A stretch of 64,000 nucleotides of DNA from a bacterium UBP8_UBA817. Lineage in GTDB: Bacteria; Margulisbacteria; Marinamargulisbacteria; CAMDBA01. Position numbers and translations under genes: made by a program. The notes below the pieces were generated by a model. It was not told the DNA's origin, made no database searches, and was given only the letters and a program-made list of their open reading frames with translations. The first letter of the stretch is position 1. The number at the start of each line of letters is the position of its first letter. Below are positions 48,890 to 58,436 of the stretch, piece by piece. Location: assembly GCA_945888995.1 (NCBI GenBank), contig CAMDBA010000001.1:92603-156602 (forward strand). Reading direction: 5' to 3'.

Positions 48890-50968
48890 CTATTTTTGGA
48901 CCACGCTTTCAAAATACGCGCTAATTCCACGACAGACGGCTTCCGCCACTTTTTGACGAAATTCAGGATCACGAAGCAAGAGGTTTTCGGACGGGTTCGT
49001 AATAAAAAGAGGCTCCACAAGGGCAGCTGGCATTTTTGAATTACGCAGGACATACAAACCGGCTTTTTTGACACCGTTATTGCGGACACCGATGACTTTG
49101 ACGAGTTCCGTTTGCAAAAACTGGGAGACAGGGAGATCTTCAGCTTTAAAATAATACGTCTCAGTTCCATTCGCATCCGGACTTGAAAATGAGTTAATAT
49201 GAATGCTGACAAAAAGCGACGCTTTACGCATATTGGCCAAAACAACCCGTTCCTGAAGGCCGACATAACTATCATCCGAACGAGACATGACCACCGTATA
49301 GGAATTTTTGATCAGCAACTCCGCCACCCTCCGGCTAATATCCAACGTATATCCTTTTTCGAAATCACCAGCTACCCCAATCGCGCCAGGATCTGTTCCG
49401 CCATGACCGGCATCGATCACCACTAGTTTTTGGCCTCCAGGAGGCGGAGTCGAAGAAACTTCGGTCAAGATCGCTGTTTCAGACACTAAGGCAAAGCGAA
49501 TTTTAAGCCCCTCCTTGGTTTTCTGGAAGTTATAGGTAAACGGTTTTCCTACGGTTAATACCAACTGAACACCCGGTGTCGGTAAGACTTCGTTAATTAC
49601 ACTGGCGGCAAGAAATACCGAATTAAATGACGCAACGCCATTTCCGACATTCGGAAGCAGCAGATTTAGGGTCTGGGTCTGCTTATCTTTTGATAGTTGA
49701 TAGGTATAGTCTCCGTTTACAGCGAGTAATATTTCAGCGCCATTGTTGATTTTTGTCTCTTCAATCGCGGTTAAAAATGGAAAAAATGTCATATAAACTC
49801 CGTCGGGGGTCATGCGCTGCTTTATCTGGCACGAACGTGACATATCCAAGACCACCTGAGTTGCGTTTTTACGGGTTTCCACCTTAATACGGGTCAATAT
49901 CGACTCAGAAACCGCTACTTGCGAGGCCTGAACGGCATTATAGGTAAAAGGCAAATCAATGCGTATTTTCCCGGGCGTTTTTGTGATCGAAGGCGGCCTG
50001 GAAAGCTGAGTAGATGACTTAATATATAGTGTATAGAGACCGGCTTGCTTATTTACCGAAACAGACTGAATTTTAGGTAAGAGTTGAATAATATGTTTTG
50101 ACGCATCATAACTCAGCGCATAGTCAAAAACAGACACCACATCCGATAAAGGAATATAACAGGAAAGACCGACTTTAATAGCCGGATTCTGATTGGTTTT
50201 AGTAAAAACGCCTTGCAACGATCGAATGGTCACCGTGTTAGTCTTGAGCGAAAATGTCACGGTAATCCCATTTCTTGCAAAGCTCATCGCATCTTTTGAC
50301 GCACTGACTTTATAGCCTTCGCCAATTAAAACATCCGTCATATCCACGAACATCCGGTCTTGGTTATATCGGAGCTTTCCCTTCAACGGATATGTCGTCG
50401 GACCGACCATTAATACGGGTGGCCGTGCTAGGTCAAAGCGCGGTAATACACTATCCGAGAGTTTTGCATACCGGTCGCCGGTGGTGGCAATCAAGGCATT
50501 TTTGACCGCACCGCCTACAGGGTTAGAGCGCACTTCCGGCTTGAAGGTTAAATTAAGACGATTGGCTTTTAACTCATATCCAATTCCAATGGTATTACAA
50601 AACTCCTGGAGCGGCAGGTATAAACTTGTATCAATGGTCTGCGTCGGCTCGCTAAATACAAATTGATTTTCATCAATCCAATATTCGGCGGAATTCACCT
50701 CAACAATGCAATGGCGCCCATTAAAATCAAATTCGTAGGAGAGATCTTTACGATTATAGCTCACGGGTGTACCTAAGATCACGCCTAAATCCCGAACCGG
50801 AACCAGAACAATTCCATCACGGATTAGCATATCGGTATTGACGTCCCGGTATACCGTATTCCAATAAACCTGAGGCAAGGCCAATGAGGCGGCTGTAAGC
50901 ATGCCTAAAATGCATACGGTCAGCAGACTTATAAAAAAAAGCCGTTTAATAACAGAAAGAATGGCCAT
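48890..50968 (-). CDS. N-acetylmuramoyl-L-alanine amidase (Amidase_3) with N-terminal copper-amine-oxidase-N/AMIN-like domains
   Basis: IDAGHGGTDPGA, SIHIN, LVEPLFITN; signal peptide; LVPVR/YLPL/YIPL repeats. Confidence 0.88.
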   Translation of the reverse strand: MAILSVIKRLFFISLLTVCILGMLTAASLALPQVYWNTVYRDVNTDMLIRDGIVLVPVRDLGVILGTPVSYNRKDLSYEFDFNGRHCIVEVNSAEYWIDENQFVFSEPTQTIDTSLYLPLQEFCNTIGIGYELKANRLNLTFKPEVRSNPVGGAVKNALIATTGDRYAKLSDSVLPRFDLARPPVLMVGPTTYPLKGKLRYNQDRMFVDMTDVLIGEGYKVSASKDAMSFARNGITVTFSLKTNTVTIRSLQGVFTKTNQNPAIKVGLSCYIPLSDVVSVFDYALSYDASKHIIQLLPKIQSVSVNKQAGLYTLYIKSSTQLSRPPSITKTPGKIRIDLPFTYNAVQASQVAVSESILTRIKVETRKNATQVVLDMSRSCQIKQRMTPDGVYMTFFPFLTAIEETKINNGAEILLAVNGDYTYQLSKDKQTQTLNLLLPNVGNGVASFNSVFLAASVINEVLPTPGVQLVLTVGKPFTYNFQKTKEGLKIRFALVSETAILTEVSSTPPPGGQKLVVIDAGHGGTDPGAIGVAGDFEKGYTLDISRRVAELLIKNSYTVVMSRSDDSYVGLQERVVLANMRKASLFVSIHINSFSSPDANGTETYYFKAEDLPVSQFLQTELVKVIGVRNNGVKKAGLYVLRNSKMPAALVEPLFITNPSENLLLRDPEFRQKVAEAVCRGISAYFESVVQK

Positions 50969-50997
50969 GAACCGCCTCAGTAGCCTAAAAAACGAGC

Positions 50998-52122
50998 TTA
51001 GCTTAAGTTTCTCAAGAAGGCGGGCACATCGAGATTATCAATATCATCCAGGTCAGCAGACGGAGGAGAAATAACCTCTTTTTCTTTCTTGGTATAATGG
51101 ACTTCTTCCGGCTGCTCAGATTCGGCAGGCTCGGTAAATGCCGCTTCCGGTTTATGATAATGCCCGTACCTGCTGGTGCGCTTAAACCCGGTGGCGATGA
51201 CCGTGACCACAATTTCATCGTGGAGACGCTCGTCAATCACCGAACCGAATAAGATGTTGGCCTCCGGATCCACAGCGGAATAAATAACATCAGCCGCATT
51301 ATGCACTTCATGAAGCGACATATTTTCACCTCCGGTAATGTTTAAAATTACCCCGGTTGCACCATCAATGGTTTCTTCCAAAAGTGGGGAGGAAACCGCT
51401 TGTTCTGCGGCTTCGATTGCACGGTTTTCACCCGTTGCCCGGCCGATCCCCATCATAGCGGATCCGGAATCTCTCATAATAGTTTTAACGTCTGCGAAAT
51501 CAAGATTGATTAATCCTGGAATTGTGATCAAATCGGCGATACCCTGAACACCTTGGCGCAAAACATCATCTGCAATTTTGAAGGCTTCGACCATTGAAGT
51601 CATCCGTTCGACCACCTGTAAAAGCTTGTCGTTAGGAATAACAATCAACGCATCGACTTGTTCGCGAAGCTTATCGATCCCTTCTTCACCCTGACGGGCA
51701 CGAACCGGACCTTCAAAACGAAACGGCTTTGTGACAACCGCGATTGTCAGTGCGCCCATATCTTTGGCTATTTTAGCTACCACAGGAGCAGCGCCCGTAC
51801 CGGTCCCCCCGCCCATACCGGCAGTGATAAACACCATATCCGCACCTTCGAGCGCAGATTCAATATCTTCTTTGCTTTCTTTGGCCGCTTGTTCACCGAC
51901 AGCGGGAACAGCGCCTCCGCCGAGGCCTTTGGTTAATTTGGTTCCGATTTGGAGTTTATTTTCAGCTAAGCTAACGTTAATGGCCTGAATATCCGTATTC
52001 ACAACCCAAAATTCTACGCCATTTAGTGCGGAACCGATCATCCGGTTAACCGCATTACTACCGCCGCCGCCAATACCCATGACTTTAATATTGGCAAATT
52101 GTTTAAGGGTTTCTGAACTCAA
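50998..52122 (-). CDS. ftsZ: Cell division protein FtsZ
   Basis: [25 protein letters not shown]-terminal LDVPAFLR. Confidence 0.97.
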   Translation of the reverse strand: MSSETLKQFANIKVMGIGGGGSNAVNRMIGSALNGVEFWVVNTDIQAINVSLAENKLQIGTKLTKGLGGGAVPAVGEQAAKESKEDIESALEGADMVFITAGMGGGTGTGAAPVVAKIAKDMGALTIAVVTKPFRFEGPVRARQGEEGIDKLREQVDALIVIPNDKLLQVVERMTSMVEAFKIADDVLRQGVQGIADLITIPGLINLDFADVKTIMRDSGSAMMGIGRATGENRAIEAAEQAVSSPLLEETIDGATGVILNITGGENMSLHEVHNAADVIYSAVDPEANILFGSVIDERLHDEIVVTVIATGFKRTSRYGHYHKPEAAFTEPAESEQPEEVHYTKKEKEVISPPSADLDDIDNLDVPAFLRNLS

Positions 52123-52241
52123 TGGTGTCGCCTAACTCTTGAAAGAATGGTAAAAATTTATTTTTTTTCGATCGCAGCCCGCTTCTGAGCTCAAAAGATT
52201 AGCGTGATTATAACACGCGAAAAAGAGGGGTAGCAACTATT

Positions 52242-52994
52242 TTATTGCACCACGTCAAATTCAAATTCGGTCTGACCATCAATTCCGTCGGAGGATTTAA
52301 AAACGGCGTTATAGTGTCCTTTTTCGAGGCTCACTTGCTTTATATAGAGGCGTTTTGCATTGGCAAGAACCGGCCAATATCGAGTGAATTCACCTGAATA
52401 AACCGATTCTTTTCCTTGGAAGGGCCATACACCGACGGCTTTAAAAACCTCGACATCCACACTTGGACGAACATGAAGCGGTCCCGGATTAGAAATTGCC
52501 GCGTTAAGTGCCCCCTTATTATAAGAAACGTCTGACACGCTTACCTTCGCTGCCGGCAACCCCATCGGCCAGACGTAAACCGGAATTCCAATACCGACCG
52601 AAATCGACATTTGGTTTGGCTTACTGATGTCCGCTTCCCCGACTAATAGCTTTACCATATATTCTTTTTTAGGCTCGGCAGGAATTAGAATCGTGTACGG
52701 CGCATCAATAAAATTGTCCCCTTTTTTGGCTTTCTTTACGGTTTTCGGAATCGTGATCCAGGTTCCGGAGAACGGTTCTTTCATATCCGACACTGAATTA
52801 CCCTGATAGTCTATATTCCAATTCTGCAGCTGAATCGAAATCGCCTCAGCATCCGTATACGCCCGAAAGGAACTCTTATACACGATATCCGGATTAACCG
52901 GAATCTCAATAACCCCGACAGAGGTTCCTAAGGCAAACACTAAATTCGACAGACCTAATAATCCGATAAAAATCGCTAAAAACAGATTCTTCAT
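52242..52994 (-). CDS. Exported Ig-like protein, pilus-chaperone-like
   Basis: Signal peptide MKNLFL..VFA; IGIPVYVWP and ISNPGPLHVRP resemble PapD-like chaperone strands. Confidence 0.5.
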   Translation of the reverse strand: MKNLFLAIFIGLLGLSNLVFALGTSVGVIEIPVNPDIVYKSSFRAYTDAEAISIQLQNWNIDYQGNSVSDMKEPFSGTWITIPKTVKKAKKGDNFIDAPYTILIPAEPKKEYMVKLLVGEADISKPNQMSISVGIGIPVYVWPMGLPAAKVSVSDVSYNKGALNAAISNPGPLHVRPSVDVEVFKAVGVWPFQGKESVYSGEFTRYWPVLANAKRLYIKQVSLEKGHYNAVFKSSDGIDGQTEFEFDVVQ

Positions 52995-53048
52995 TGATAT
53001 GGGCTCCTCGTCCAAAAGAACTACTACAACGTCTATATTATATTGATG

Positions 53049-53885
53049 CTATGAGTTTGACTCTTCCAATAATCTCATAATCTTTGCGAATTCATCGGCA
53101 GTTTTATACTTCAGCTCGATTTTTCCGGTCTCCCGGGTTCCGTTAATACGTACCGGCATGGCGTATTTTTGTGCAAACATGTTTTCGATTTCTTTGAAAT
53201 AAAGCCGATCATGCTTTGATTTTTTTGGCTTTTTCGAGACCATTTTCTCTAAGTCCCGAACGTTGAGTTTATGGGTAATAATCTGATTATAATACTCAAT
53301 CATTTCCGCTTCGGTTTTGAGTGATAGCAGGGTCCGGGCGTGACCTTCAGTCAACTCGCCGGCGACCAATGAGTCTTTGATAATCTGAGGTAAATTCAAC
53401 AGTCGCAAGGTATTAGATACCGTCGATCTATTTTTGCCAAATAACTGCGCGATTTCCTGATGAGTAAGCTGAAATTCATCAATTAACCGTGCATACCCCT
53501 GTGCGATTTCCATAGGGTTGAGGTCCTCACGTTGAAGATTTTCGATCAGCGCTAACTGCAAGGTCTCTTTATCGGATAAATCCTTCACGATAGCAGGCAC
53601 CGTATCCATGTTGGCGAGCTGGCATGCGCGATATCGGCGCTCACCGGCCACGATTTCGTAGTGGCCCGATTGACGCCTAACCAAAATTGGCTGATTGAGT
53701 CCGAATTTCTGAATAGATTCGGCTAATGACGCTAATGATTCGGATGAAAATTCTCGTCTCGGCTGGTAAATACCGGGGCGAATGTCTCCGATCGCAATGT
53801 TCATAATGGTTCGGCCGGAGGCTAAAACGGTCCGGGGAATTAAAGCTTCTAATCCTTTACCTAATCTTGTGGCGTTATTTGACAC
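53049..53885 (-). CDS. parB: Chromosome partitioning protein ParB/Spo0J
   Basis: LGKGLEAL, QPR, AGERRYRA, ENLQREDL, HTH; GTG start 53885. Confidence 0.95.
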   Translation of the reverse strand: MSNNATRLGKGLEALIPRTVLASGRTIMNIAIGDIRPGIYQPRREFSSESLASLAESIQKFGLNQPILVRRQSGHYEIVAGERRYRACQLANMDTVPAIVKDLSDKETLQLALIENLQREDLNPMEIAQGYARLIDEFQLTHQEIAQLFGKNRSTVSNTLRLLNLPQIIKDSLVAGELTEGHARTLLSLKTEAEMIEYYNQIITHKLNVRDLEKMVSKKPKKSKHDRLYFKEIENMFAQKYAMPVRINGTRETGKIELKYKTADEFAKIMRLLEESNS

Positions 53886-54645
53886 GGGCCAAAACCTCCT
53901 TTGTAAGATTGAAATAAGCAAGTGATCCCTTGGAAGTGGGATTATATAAGGCAATGGGAAGTCCATGGCTAGGCGCTTCCGTCAGCCGAGTGTTTCGGGG
54001 AATGATGGTATCGAAAACAAGTTCTTTAAAATAAGATCTCGTATTTTCTGCCACCAATTTATTAATGGCAGTCCGGCGATCAAACATGGTCAGCAAAATC
54101 CCTAAAATCTCAAGATTGGGATTTAAATTATCCTGAATGAGCCTGATCGTATTCAAAAGACTGGCGACCCCTTCGAGCGCAAAGTATTCGCACTGAACCG
54201 GAACGACCGCTTTATCCGAGGCCACTAATGCATTCAATGTCAAAAGCCCAAGCGACGGTGGACAATCGATAATAATAAAATCATAGAAAGTCTTTAGAAT
54301 CTCGATTTTACGTGAGAGCAGCGTTTCACGTGAAACAAGGTGCACCATTTCGACTTCGGCCCCGGCCAGATCACGGGTAGCGGGAACGATGTGAAGATTA
54401 TCAAAAGGCGTCGGATAAAGCGCCTCCTCTAGCGTATCGCTATCCAATAACAAATCATAAATATTTGCTTTAATCTGAGATTGGTTTAAACCAATTCCCG
54501 ATGTCGCATTGGATTGGGAATCCATATCGACAATCAGGGTTTTGTGACCATTTTCGCTCAAGAATGAGGCTAAATTAATCGCAGTTGTCGTTTTTCCGAC
54601 TCCGCCTTTTTGATTCACGATAGAGAGAACAAGTGCTTTAGTCAT
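53875..54645 (-). CDS. parA: Chromosome partitioning ATPase ParA/Soj
   Basis: NQKGGVGKTT, DCPPSLG, VQCEYFALEG, EAPSHG. Confidence 0.96.
   Translation of the reverse strand: MTKALVLSIVNQKGGVGKTTTAINLASFLSENGHKTLIVDMDSQSNATSGIGLNQSQIKANIYDLLLDSDTLEEALYPTPFDNLHIVPATRDLAGAEVEMVHLVSRETLLSRKIEILKTFYDFIIIDCPPSLGLLTLNALVASDKAVVPVQCEYFALEGVASLLNTIRLIQDNLNPNLEILGILLTMFDRRTAINKLVAENTRSYFKELVFDTIIPRNTRLTEAPSHGLPIALYNPTSKGSLAYFNLTKEVLARVK
54322..54337. promoter_or_regulatory. parS site
   Basis: CGTTTCACGTGAAACA, 15/16 match to consensus TGTTTCACGTGAAACA; inside parA. Confidence 0.85.
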
Positions 54646-54685
54646 CCCAAGAGTATAGCATTGGTTAGAAATCTAAAAAATGGTT

Positions 54686-55294
54686 TTATAAAGAAAGTAA
54701 ATTCTTCAATTTCTCGAATTTCTTTGGACCAATGCCGGGAATTTCTAATAACTCCTCCACCTTCGAGAATGATACATGTTGAGATTTATATAATAAAATC
54801 CGGTCAGCCATTGCAGGGCCAACACCTGGAAGCTGAACCAATTCTGCTTTCGTGGCCGTATTTAAATTAATTACACCACCGGCTGACACCGACGAAACGG
54901 GATAGGCATCGGCAACCGGATCCGAGTCAGACCGCTGGGCCGATTTCACCTTCAAAAATGGAACAAAAATACGCTGACCATCACGCACTTTTTGAGCTAA
55001 ATTCACTTTATCCAAATCTGCATGGTCGGCTAGCCCGCCCGCGATGCGAATCACATCCATTCCCCGGGTGCCTGCCGGGATATTATAGACCCCTGGATCA
55101 CGAACCGCACCCGCGACATGCACCATCACCAAAGAGACCGGAGGGGTCGGCATATCCGCCCCGGCTTTGACCTTAATCAATTTCAATTCTCCGCTATCCA
55201 AAGGCTTAAAATATAATTGATATAATCCGAAAAGCCCGCCGATTAAAAATATGAGCGCCCCGATAACAAGCATTTTTTTCTGTTCGTTCGACAT
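54686..55294 (-). CDS. comEA: Competence protein ComEA-like (SLBB plus HhH)
   Basis: N-terminal TM, VHVAGAVRDPGVY, INLNTAT..LPGVGP, IPGIGPK. Confidence 0.9.
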   Translation of the reverse strand: MSNEQKKMLVIGALIFLIGGLFGLYQLYFKPLDSGELKLIKVKAGADMPTPPVSLVMVHVAGAVRDPGVYNIPAGTRGMDVIRIAGGLADHADLDKVNLAQKVRDGQRIFVPFLKVKSAQRSDSDPVADAYPVSSVSAGGVINLNTATKAELVQLPGVGPAMADRILLYKSQHVSFSKVEELLEIPGIGPKKFEKLKNLLSL

Positions 55295-55295
55295 T

Positions 55296-58200
55296 TTAGA
55301 CTCCCTCTAAAAACCGCGCCGTTGTGGGGCAATCGGTATTGAATTTATAAACATGACAGGATTCGCACAAGGCAAGCGGCGGCGCTATCCATTCTAAGTC
55401 GACTTCAAGCGCTTTCGCAATCCGGGAAATGAGAGTAGAGATATCTGCCAGCTCAGAATCCGTAAAGGTATAGGTGACATGATGTCCTGTACGAGTAAAA
55501 TACAAGGTCGCAATCGGTGGCGAAGTGAGCTCCGGATGCCGCTCTTTAAGGGCTAAAACATAGACGCCAAGCTGAAATTTATAGGCTTTTTCTATTTTTT
55601 CTGAGTTATCAGCTTCAAGAAAGCCTGTCTTATAGTCCACGATTTCCAGTTTACCCGGTGACTTCAAAACGAGGTCCATCCGCCCGATAATCAGAAGTGA
55701 GTCGATTTTAAGGTTCAGAGGAAATTCGGTAAAAGCCTCGGCCTGCCGAGACCTGGCCAGAATATCTGACTTAGAAAAGCGATCAAGATGGGTTTGAATC
55801 TCGGCAATCAGGGACAAATCATCCTGCCATTTTAGCCCAGCGATCTGCGTAATATAAGATGAAATAAGGTCTGAATCCGGGGTGAGTTCCAGACTTAGCA
55901 TTTTGGCCTGAAATAACCGGTGCACAATATCGCCAAATAAGGCAGCGTCTAAGGCAGACGATGAGAGTCGGGTAGTCGCTTCAGCAGAAACTTGCTGAAA
56001 CGATTTTAGTGCATATTTACGGGGACACTCTAAGTACAGCTCCAAATCTGACACCGTCATATACCGGATACGCCGGGCGGAGCAAGGCCGATTTATGCTG
56101 AATTTTAAACTAGGAGATACTATTTCTTCTGGAGCCCCACTCTCCCGCTGAGAGATTCCGACAAGAGGACTGGTATAAAATGGATAAACCAAGCTGGATT
56201 CACGAGACGACATCTTCCCGTCATCAAAGTCGAATACCGACTGAAGAAAGCCTAAAAATGAGTGCTCTGTCGGCCGTTTACGTTGCCGTGCTGATAAGAA
56301 GAGATGGGTTTTGGCGCGGGTACATGCAACATAAAAAATGCGCTTTTCCTCGTCGATTAGCTGATCACCACATCGCTTTAATACCGCCTCCCGTATCACA
56401 TTTTTAGTATCGCCTTTCAAGCTCAGGCCAATTCCGACCTCATCGGCAACCACAATGCGCTGCATAAAGGGGAAATTAAACTTTTGATCGAGGTCCGACA
56501 TCATTACAACAGGAAACTCCAGGCCTTTTGAGGCATGAATCGTCAGAATCTGGACTTTATCCGATTCGGAGGTCAGAGTCTCCTCAGCCTCCAGCGCGGT
56601 CTGAGCAAGATGATGATCCAAGATTTCTTCAACATCCGACCAATCCGCATATTCAATTTCAAGAATGGTTCTGAGCTTGGCAATGAGTTTTTGGATATTG
56701 GCCCATTTACGCTCGCCTTCAGGCTGAGACAGATACACCACATCGGCGCCGGTCTGCCTCAAGGCGCTTTCCACCAAATCCGCCAGAGGCTGCAAATGCT
56801 TCGACCGTACCCACTCACCGATTTTTATAGCCGCGTCCAAAATCAAAGGTACGTCTGATTCGGAAAAGCCTTGGGCCTGAAGGTCCTGGGGTAAGCTGGT
56901 GGCAAGTCGATTTAATTTGTCTACTAATTTAGGTTCATGACAGGCCTGATAGAGCGCTAAAATCCCCTCTTCCGAAAGTCCGAACAAGGGAGACTTCAGA
57001 ACGCCGATCCAATTCAAATTCTGATAAGGGCTCAAAATCGCCTTCACCAAATGATACAGATCCAGCACTTCAGATTTTCTAAAAAAACCTTGTCCCGAGT
57101 AGACTTCGGCGGGAATCCCTTGGGCATTGAGCGCATGACGAATGATCTCTAAATGGCGCTTGGTACGGCACAAAATGGCAACGTCGCTGAAGGCAAGATC
57201 CGGGTTATCCGTTTTGAGCCGGAGAATTTGCCCCGCCATCCAGTCATACTGATGATGCTTTTCGCTTTCTTCAAATAGCGCAAACTGCACGGAGGCAGAA
57301 GCGGATACAAAACCGGACGCAATTAATGGTCGGTAGGACTCGGGATCGAATAAGCATCGGAAGAGCTCATTTATAAACTCCAGAATCATCGGGTGAGACC
57401 TGAAATTCTCGTTCATTAAGACCACTTCCGACGTGGTATTGGCCAGCTCAAACTGATCTCTCGCGGCCATAAATAACGCCGGCTCCGCACTTCTGAACGA
57501 GTATATCGATTGCTTCATATCACCGACTAAAAATAGCTTTCGATCGGCGGATAGCGCCTGGCTCTTAATTAGATTCAGAACCAGGGCCCATTGTAGCCGA
57601 TCCGTGTCTTGAAATTCATCCACCATGATGTAGGCAAAATGGGATTGATAATACTGTTTCACGACCTCGGATTCGGATAAAAGTGCGGAGGCTTTTTCGA
57701 TCAAATCGTCCGAATCCAGACCGCCCTGCTGGATTTTCAAATCCTCATACCGTGCCAGATATACCGCAAATATCTCGCCCAACGCGGCTAAAAGCGACAC
57801 CGATTTTGCGGCAAGGCCTTTCTCGTCAGGCGCCATAGGGCCGAAGACGGCCAGAATGTCCTCGATCGGCTCCATGGCGTATTTTGACATCCATGGTGCG
57901 ATTGCACGTTTCACGTGAAACAATGCGTCCAAATCTTCTCTTAATTGACGGGCTGAGTGGGATAATAAATAGGTTTTTAAGGCCGGAGACTCCTGGCGCT
58001 GAAGCTGTCGGATGGCATCGCGCATGGCCTGACGCCGCATCATAGAAGCCACGTCTTCCTCTAATACGGCAAATGAGGGATCCAACCGGGCCTCGATGGG
58101 AAATCGGCGCAATATCGCCGAGCAAAATCCGTGAATCGTCGAAATCTGGATTTGACCGAACGACCGAATGAGAGACTGATACCGATCATGCCCGATGTCA

Positions 58201-58436
58201 TCGGCCACTTTTTCGATCTCATGGCGGAGGCGCGCCTTCATTTCAGAAGCCGCTTTTCGGGTAAAGGTAATGGCCACCACCTGACTGACATCCAAATGAG
58301 GATTGGAAAGCAAAATATCTAAAAGACGATGGACCAATACCGTCGTTTTACCGGATCCTGCTCCTGCTTCCACAAAAATATTCGCATCTAATCTCAATGC
58401 TTTTGATTGAGACGCTGTGAAATTGGGTTTAGCCAT
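55296..58436 (-). CDS. AddA-like UvrD helicase with PD-(D/E)XK nuclease
   Basis: AGAGSGKT, TIHGF, VDEFQD, GDMKQSIY, TIHASKGLEF, YVACTRA, GRMD..IVDYKTG. Confidence 0.88.
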   Translation of the reverse strand: MAKPNFTASQSKALRLDANIFVEAGAGSGKTTVLVHRLLDILLSNPHLDVSQVVAITFTRKAASEMKARLRHEIEKVADDIGHDRYQSLIRSFGQIQISTIHGFCSAILRRFPIEARLDPSFAVLEEDVASMMRRQAMRDAIRQLQRQESPALKTYLLSHSARQLREDLDALFHVKRAIAPWMSKYAMEPIEDILAVFGPMAPDEKGLAAKSVSLLAALGEIFAVYLARYEDLKIQQGGLDSDDLIEKASALLSESEVVKQYYQSHFAYIMVDEFQDTDRLQWALVLNLIKSQALSADRKLFLVGDMKQSIYSFRSAEPALFMAARDQFELANTTSEVVLMNENFRSHPMILEFINELFRCLFDPESYRPLIASGFVSASASVQFALFEESEKHHQYDWMAGQILRLKTDNPDLAFSDVAILCRTKRHLEIIRHALNAQGIPAEVYSGQGFFRKSEVLDLYHLVKAILSPYQNLNWIGVLKSPLFGLSEEGILALYQACHEPKLVDKLNRLATSLPQDLQAQGFSESDVPLILDAAIKIGEWVRSKHLQPLADLVESALRQTGADVVYLSQPEGERKWANIQKLIAKLRTILEIEYADWSDVEEILDHHLAQTALEAEETLTSESDKVQILTIHASKGLEFPVVMMSDLDQKFNFPFMQRIVVADEVGIGLSLKGDTKNVIREAVLKRCGDQLIDEEKRIFYVACTRAKTHLFLSARQRKRPTEHSFLGFLQSVFDFDDGKMSSRESSLVYPFYTSPLVGISQRESGAPEEIVSPSLKFSINRPCSARRIRYMTVSDLELYLECPRKYALKSFQQVSAEATTRLSSSALDAALFGDIVHRLFQAKMLSLELTPDSDLISSYITQIAGLKWQDDLSLIAEIQTHLDRFSKSDILARSRQAEAFTEFPLNLKIDSLLIIGRMDLVLKSPGKLEIVDYKTGFLEADNSEKIEKAYKFQLGVYVLALKERHPELTSPPIATLYFTRTGHHVTYTFTDSELADISTLISRIAKALEVDLEWIAPPLALCESCHVYKFNTDCPTTARFLEGV
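57907..57922. promoter_or_regulatory. parS site
   Basis: CGTTTCACGTGAAACA, identical to the copy at 54322. Confidence 0.82.
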
